From Fistulifera solaris (lineage: Eukaryota): 64,000 nt of DNA. Shown here one piece after another: positions 57,702 to 64,000 of the stretch. Under the pieces are notes generated by a model. That model searched no databases and had not been told where the DNA came from. It saw only the letters and a list, made by a program, of their open reading frames with translations. The stretch covers positions 1,922,001 to 1,986,000 of the forward strand of contig AP026123.1 in assembly GCA_030295235.1 (NCBI GenBank), in the 5' to 3' direction. Numbering within the stretch: position 1 is the stretch's first letter; every line of letters begins with the position of its first letter. The position numbers and the translations under genes are program-made.

Positions 57702-60022
57702 CTATGGCAATAAGCTAGAGTCTTTGTTTGTTAGTTTCACCATCGCATTTGTTACATCGCTGATGCTCAAAAATGTACACGTACTGCCAAGAGGATTGTA
57801 ACATCGTGGAGCTGCTACAATGCTCCATGCATGCATCAAAAGTTTATCAGCGTGTAGCTTGGCCGCCATACTTGCGAGTGGTCCTGATCCAGGTCCTTCT
57901 TTGCAAACATCAGCGAACAAAACGTGTTCATATTGTGGGAGTATAGATGCGAGTCCATTTGGGGCAGAGCTCAGGTAGGGACAATCGATTATATCAAGAT
58001 CTTGCTCGCGAGAAATGATTCCTTTGTCAACCAGTTCTCTACGACTTTGTAGAGCAGTTACTACCCCGTTGCCGTATGTAACAATGGAGCTTATTCCGTC
58101 TTCACCATGACGACGAATTTGATCGAAGGTCATTATAGGATCAGAATCGCCAGAACCGGGGTAATGACATTCCCACTCCTGATCTTTTCCATGAAGATGG
58201 CGTAAGTTCAAGAGATGCGTGCTATCAACAAAAACGACAACTCTGCCTGCTCGGGCCTGTAAAACTGCATTTCGAAAACCTTTTACGTAATCGATTCCAT
58301 TACTGAAACAGACCATGTCAACACCAGGAGGAGAATGGGGTAGCATATTAGTGGTGTGAAAATTTCCCCGAAGACCCCGCGATCAAAACCCTGAAGACGT
58401 ATTATCATTCCATTTGGACAATTGCCGTTCGTCAACCAATTCGATATTGCGATTTCGTAGAACATATCTGCCCCACAATCCAAGTACTTAGCGTAGGGAA
58501 TTTCGACAATTGGTGTCAGCCCCACTTGCGCGAATCCCATCGCTGCGCCTAAGAGTGATGTCTCATCTGGGGGAAAGTCAAGAACGCGCGTCGGAAAGGA
58601 TTCTTTTAGTCCATCGGTGACCAGGTAGTAGCCACCATGGCGAACGTCTTCCCCGAGATAGACAATAGTGTCATCATTTGACATGACCTCCGCTATAACA
58701 CGTGTTATATGCTTGCGCATGACATCTTTCTTTTCTCTTCTCTGTGTCGCTGGTGTTGTGTGTTTGTTGTATACATAATGAACGGGTTTAACCTCATGCG
58801 CACTGTTTCTTTGTAGCATCTCCTCCCTGGTCACCTTTTCTTCCTTTGAAGCAGTTTCGAAGCATTCCAACGTGCGACTTTGTATCCATTGGAGCCTGTC
58901 GGCCACCTCATTGTATGACATCACAGAAAATACTTCAACGACTTGCTGTATTGTGCTTTCTAAAATTGGGTTGTCTGACATTACGTTTATGTCGTTGGCA
59001 TCCAGATAAGCGGACTGGCGGTCTGTTGCAGCATGACCGAATCGCCGAATGAGATTTGTGTAAAGAAGCACAACTGGACATGCTTTTGACCTCGAATGAG
59101 ACATAGCGTCCTTCGTTTGACTATATACATCCATCATGTCGTTACCGTTCGCACAATACCGCGGAATTAGGCTATCATTTGCAAACAGTGTATCGACATA
59201 TCCCGCTGTTTTGTAGGAAATGGACAATCCATTGTCCGAGATGCCAAAGACAACCGGTCACTTGATTCGTTTATGTCTTGCATGGCGACTTAAATGAAAA
59301 GCGGACCAAAAGTGATGATTATGAATCGATCCATCTCCTAATGTCACAAACGAAACTTCCCTTCTCTTATTTCCGTCTGATGATTCTGTCTTTCGAAGAG
59401 AATATCCCAAGGCTCGCCCGACCGCTGAAGGGCACTGCGATGCTAAAGTAGATGTCACAACAAAATCCCCGGACCCTTGACGCGAGGCTTTTGAGCCAAT
59501 TGAACAGTGAACTCCTCCTGTAACAGGATCATTTTTACTAACAGTGTAACCTCGAGCTCGGTCGAGCAATATTTGTTCCAACGACACGCCTTGACAAAGT
59601 TGACGGGTAATGTTGATTGCTAGATGTCGGTAATGCAGTGCTACAGAGTCTTGATCCTCGATGACACATCCAGCCGAAGCTAGAGCTTCTTCCCCGCAGG
59701 GTCCTATCGTATAAAAGCCATGACCGATCATGGACGCGATCCTTGATTCCGTGTGTAGACAGAAAGTCGCTAAGGCAGCGTCCAAAGAAATTCGAATCAT
59801 CTTGTCGGGCATGATGTGGGAATACCCACCGACAGGCGGAAGAGGTACATTTACTTTGAAGTCTGTTTGCTGAGTTTTTGCACGAAGGAAGTTTTGTAGG
59901 CGCTGCGACGCCCGATGCTCGGCGAGACCTTCAATGTCATTCCGAAACGACCCCCTCTTAATTATGTAGTCAGATGTCGAGAATACACGCCGAATTTCCG
60001 TAAAATGCCGTCGATACTTCAT
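57702..60022 (-). CDS. Fused E1 alpha/beta 2-oxoacid (branched-chain type) dehydrogenase; in-frame TGA at 59258-59260; homopolymer shift about 58367
   Basis: FYTIGPCGEE, LHYR, TPP motif GDGS...DN, RRFGHAATD, GEDV.HGGYY, PPDE, EIPYAKYLD. Confidence 0.85.
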
Positions 60023-60392
60023 CTTCACCAGCTGATACAACTAGCGAATTAGCGTTTCAATGAAACATTATTAACTATTGTTGTTCTTGACATGGTAATA
60101 ACCGAAAAAATAGAAATGAGCTGAAGCAGAATTATTTTTCGTGACAACCTGAAGTCAAAAAAAAGCAACCTACAATTTCTGTGACAGTCACCAACAGACT
60201 TAAGATGATGGTACCGCTCCGATTTTAATTCTCATACTATGATCCGTCGTCTGCAACTCGCGTATACAGTTATGAAGACTGAATAGTTCTGCAACAGATT
60301 GTAGATTATCGCCAAAACCATCACTTTTTCCATTTCTTCATTTTTTTAGAGATTGAGGTGCGTGCGACGCTTGAAATGATCTGCAACTAGCC

Positions 60393-61991
60393 ATGAGCAG
60401 CGTTTATCCTTGTACACCGCCTCGTCCTAGACGATCGCATTTGACACCATCGAAAACTCCTTATGTGACGCCGGCAAAATCAGCCTCGACCAAGCTGCGC
60501 TCGGCCTCGCGTTCGTTCTCTGCTCGGAGAGATCATGCATCGCCTTTCTACTTTACTCCATCAAAAGCAAGCGCCATAGAAGACATTGGAGATCGCTTCA
60601 TCCCTTCGCGACGTCATTTGAATATGGATCTATGTCGCCATGCGCTACGGTCTGCGAAGCGTGAACGAGAGAATGATACCTCAAATTCGTCATCGTCGCC
60701 TGCCGATCCGAAGTTTCCCTCGCTAGAAACGCCGATGCAAAAGGAATTCAAACGACAAATGGCCAGTTCGATGTATAATATTCCTATTGAAAGATTCAAC
60801 GAGAATGCTGAACCAGTTGGTCTTTTTTCATTTCGACCAGCCGAAAAAATTACTTCAAATGGTCCTGACCCTTTCTCCTTGGATGTTCTGCGCACGATGA
60901 AGCTAGGAGGATGTTCCTCTATTGATCGACCGCCTACAACAGTTGCTTCATTACGAAAAGTGCCTACTGCTCCAACGCGCATCCTAGATGCTCCAGATAT
61001 TGTGGATGACTATTACCTGAATTTAATCAGCTGGAGTAAAGATAATATATTGGCGGTGGCACTTGCTCGAAGCGTGTATCTATGGAATGCGACCACAGGA
61101 GAGATTCATCACTTGGTAACAGTCGAGGATGGCAATAATTATGTTACTTCCGTGTGTTGGTGTACTGTTCAGCCGCAATATATCTCGGTGGGTTTGAACA
61201 CAGGGTCGGTGCAATTGTACGACGGACGAAGCTTGCAGCTTGTGAGAACATTGCAAGGCCATGCGAGTCGCGTTTCGGCGCTAGCGTGGACGCAGCAGCA
61301 GTTGAGCTCTGGTGGACGAGACTCGAAAATATTGCAAAGCGATGTTCGTGCCGCTCGTCCAATCGTCGCCACTTATCGGGCACATACCCAGGAAGTTTGC
61401 GGTCTGAGTTGGAACGACGACGGGTCATGCCTCGCAAGTGGAGGTAATGAGAATTATCTGTGTTTGTGGGATGCAGCAGCCACGAATAGGAGTACAGCAA
61501 GAATTGAAGGCAATAGCTCGGACTACCGACCACGATTGTTGCTCAAACAGCACAAGGCTGCTGTGAAAGCGCTCGCTTGGTGTCCGTTCCATCGTGGTTT
61601 GTTAGCAAGTGGCGGAGGTACGGCGGATAGAACAATCAAATTCTGGAATACCAATTCGGGGGCAATATTGAATAGCATTGACACAGGTAGTCAAGTGTGT
61701 TCCATTATTTGGAGCAAACACCAGCGAGAGCTATGTTCGTCGCACGGCTACTCTGAAAATCAACTAGTGTTGTGGAAGTACCCAAGTATGACCAAAATTA
61801 AGGAACTAACTGGCCATACGGCTCGTGTTTTGAATATGGAAATGAGTCCTGATGGAACGTCGGTTGTATCTGCTGGGGCAGATGAGACTCTGCGCTTTTG
61901 GAATGTCTTTGAAGAGACCGGTCCATCCTCTTCGAGTCGGTCTAAGAATCTAGCGTGCTTGGATCGTTTAGGAGGGCGAACAATTCGGTAA
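60393..61991 (+). CDS. CDC20: APC/C activator CDC20
   Basis: C-box DRFIPSR, RILDAP, WD40 repeats, WKYP.M.K..EL.GH..RVL, IR tail. Confidence 0.93.
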   Translation: MSSVYPCTPPRPRRSHLTPSKTPYVTPAKSASTKLRSASRSFSARRDHASPFYFTPSKASAIEDIGDRFIPSRRHLNMDLCRHALRSAKRERENDTSNSSSSPADPKFPSLETPMQKEFKRQMASSMYNIPIERFNENAEPVGLFSFRPAEKITSNGPDPFSLDVLRTMKLGGCSSIDRPPTTVASLRKVPTAPTRILDAPDIVDDYYLNLISWSKDNILAVALARSVYLWNATTGEIHHLVTVEDGNNYVTSVCWCTVQPQYISVGLNTGSVQLYDGRSLQLVRTLQGHASRVSALAWTQQQLSSGGRDSKILQSDVRAARPIVATYRAHTQEVCGLSWNDDGSCLASGGNENYLCLWDAAATNRSTARIEGNSSDYRPRLLLKQHKAAVKALAWCPFHRGLLASGGGTADRTIKFWNTNSGAILNSIDTGSQVCSIIWSKHQRELCSSHGYSENQLVLWKYPSMTKIKELTGHTARVLNMEMSPDGTSVVSAGADETLRFWNVFEETGPSSSSRSKNLACLDRLGGRTIR

Positions 61992-62160
61992 TGCGAAGGC
62001 AATTTATGAGAAGGCCAATCGATACAACAATCAAAGACTAAGCATCGGTTGTCCTGATACAGTAATGATAACGTTATCAAAGAAAGGTTTAAAAAAGCAG
62101 TTTTTTATTCAAAGAATGCAAGTAGGTCTTGTATGCTAGATTGGTTCTAATTTACAGTTC

Positions 62161-63273
62161 TCACTGTTTGTATTCTCCTCTCCATCCGGGTGAAATCCAA
62201 TCGATGACGCCACCTTCTCCGATAACTAGATCCAACCAGTCAGAGGCAGAGGTGCCCGTTCCAGCTTGCGCATCGTTAAGAGGATTACCGACGGGACAAG
62301 TATTGTCAATGCGTGTAAATTGACCAAAGTCCAATCCGGCTTTGGCAGCCGCCTCCCGCACAGCCGGAACGGCAGCAGCCGGTAATATAGGTTCTTTGGC
62401 GTAGACAAAAGCACCTTCGTAATTTCCTTGTAATGTATGACCTTTGTAAGCGACTAACTTGAAAGGCGGGACATCTTTGCTTCCATCCGACTCTCCCAGA
62501 ATATACCAGTTTTCACTAAAGGAAAGACCGTACATTTTCCCTTCCGTGTGCATGGTAGGTGCGTCTTTCGACTTGGTGTCCTCCAAAACCATATGCTCGG
62601 TCAACGAGTTTTCCCAAAACCCTCCTTCCGGCCGTCGGACGCGGAAGAAAATTCCCATACCTAGTTCTTTGTCATTGACTCTCTCAAACGTGTTGGTTTG
62701 ACAGTCAAACAAATCGTAATTCGGATTCAACCCATCCGTTTTGTACCACGATCCCACCAGTGACCTCGGATCAAATGTTTCCACTTTGTATGGAAATCCC
62801 ACTGTTTCAGCCGAATTGTCGACATTTTTCGGCACTTTGACACATTCGTTTTCTTCGATCGTACACGACAGCCAGTCGTTCAGTGCCTCGGAACCAAATT
62901 CGGCAAAACATTGTGTTGCACAAGCCTGTTCGCCTTTACAGCGTCCCAGGCACGTGACACCTTTGATTCCTCGAGGATTCTGAAAGAGAGCCTTCGTTTG
63001 ATCGCCACATTTTTGGACGAAACAAGACACATCGGATTTTTCCATTTGATTTTCTTTGGCGTACTCGGCAAAGCCGTCGTATGCAACAGACGGTGATGAT
63101 GTGACGAGAGCAAAGGCCAGTGCGATGGAAGCAGCCGTTGGTTGCCAACTATTTCTTTGTGCTTCGAGCTGTGTGCCGATGTGTCGCGTAGGTTTTGGGT
63201 GGTTCCGAGGAGCGAACGACTCCACAGAGTAGTGATGCAGTGCGAGTATCCCAAAAACAAGTAGCGATTTCAT
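62161..63273 (-). CDS. VDL1: Violaxanthin de-epoxidase-like protein (VDL1 type)
   Basis: Signal ESFAP plus lumenal transit; Cys-rich domain C....C..CLGRC.GEQAC...CFAEFG; lipocalin G.WY...GLNP.YD.FDCQ. Confidence 0.88.
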   Translation of the reverse strand: MKSLLVFGILALHHYSVESFAPRNHPKPTRHIGTQLEAQRNSWQPTAASIALAFALVTSSPSVAYDGFAEYAKENQMEKSDVSCFVQKCGDQTKALFQNPRGIKGVTCLGRCKGEQACATQCFAEFGSEALNDWLSCTIEENECVKVPKNVDNSAETVGFPYKVETFDPRSLVGSWYKTDGLNPNYDLFDCQTNTFERVNDKELGMGIFFRVRRPEGGFWENSLTEHMVLEDTKSKDAPTMHTEGKMYGLSFSENWYILGESDGSKDVPPFKLVAYKGHTLQGNYEGAFVYAKEPILPAAAVPAVREAAAKAGLDFGQFTRIDNTCPVGNPLNDAQAGTGTSASDWLDLVIGEGGVIDWISPGWRGEYKQ

Positions 63274-64000
63274 TTTAATGAGTCCAATAAAGACTGAATG
63301 CTGGTGTCTTTGTAAAGGTATGTTCCAGGATAAGTTGTTATTGATATTTCACTTTGACGCTTTGACGGGGCTCCTTGAAGATCGGTGCAATAGGTTTCTT
63401 CGTCGTCCCTTTTCGTTTCATTTTTTTTCAGTCGCGATGAATTCGTGACCCAATCTCTCGCAACGGCACATAGTACACTGCAATAAGGTGTAGAGTTTGA
63501 ATGCAACGTTTTGTGGCGTTGGTACGTCGTACGGTCGTGCGTCATTCAAGTTGACGAAGGTCGGACGCCCAAACGTCACCGTGAAACGACGTAGCACAAA
63601 AATTGGACATCAACGACATCGGCGCGAAAGATCCACAACGACACTTGCATCCATAACAATTCTTTTCACTATTCTGAATCCTTGCGACTCAATTATCAGT
63701 TTCTTGGTTGCTAGAGTCCGATGAGAGTCTCGTCCGCACTTCTCGTGGCACTGGCAGGGTGTCCGTTGGGGCTGCCTTTGCGCCCCCTCTCATCTCCACA
63801 TCATCGTCTCGTTCCACATCGTCTCACTGCATGAGTCTGCGTCCCGTTTACGATGAACTATGTCAGAAAGTAGGATCCCAATTTGATCTCAAATACACTG
63901 ATTTCACGAATGTCATTGGAGGACAGTCTTGGCAATGCCCGACAGCTTCCGGAACAGCGGAATGGCTGGATGAATCGAGTCCTCGATTTTTGACGGGCGT

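Noticed and set aside
25290..60022. Cofactor cluster (TPK, bioF, TPP-dependent E1)
   Set aside because: Genes are far apart and interspersed with unrelated housekeeping genes

Overview
Gene-dense eukaryotic nuclear DNA with short GT-AG introns. It is very probably a pennate diatom (Fistulifera-like), judging from an aureochrome, a VDL-family gene, ASAFAP-like plastid signals, a CoDi-type copia element and an RNI/LRR-like gene of the kind expanded in Fistulifera. Most of the window is housekeeping genes: 2 fibrillins, glucokinase, LTO1, VPS2, AUREO2 plus a LOV-less bZIP, an EF-hand protein, NAE1, NDUFS4, RAB1, CCDC115, alpha-tubulin, RPN12, TPK, DUF3007, a NAK kinase, a sulfotransferase, GLO1, BioF, a GRK, a fused 2-oxoacid dehydrogenase E1, CDC20 and VDL1. 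Many genes carry single-base frameshifts at homopolymers, so the assembly consensus is error-prone and pseudogene calls need caution. The most unusual region is about 26.5-40.3 kb, a three-unit tandem array of HA (helicase-associated) domain genes with 3, 2 and 4 HA repeats and different C-termini, interleaved with duplicated pieces of the neighbouring RPN12 and TPK genes. One copy runs in frame into a full-length thiamine pyrophosphokinase paralogue whose catalytic and substrate residues are altered, a candidate young chimeric pseudoenzyme. Also present: a hAT MITE with an 8-bp TSD nested in an older foldback element, a recently inserted copia element, and an in-frame TGA inside the E1 gene. 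All family assignments come from motif recognition, not database searches.
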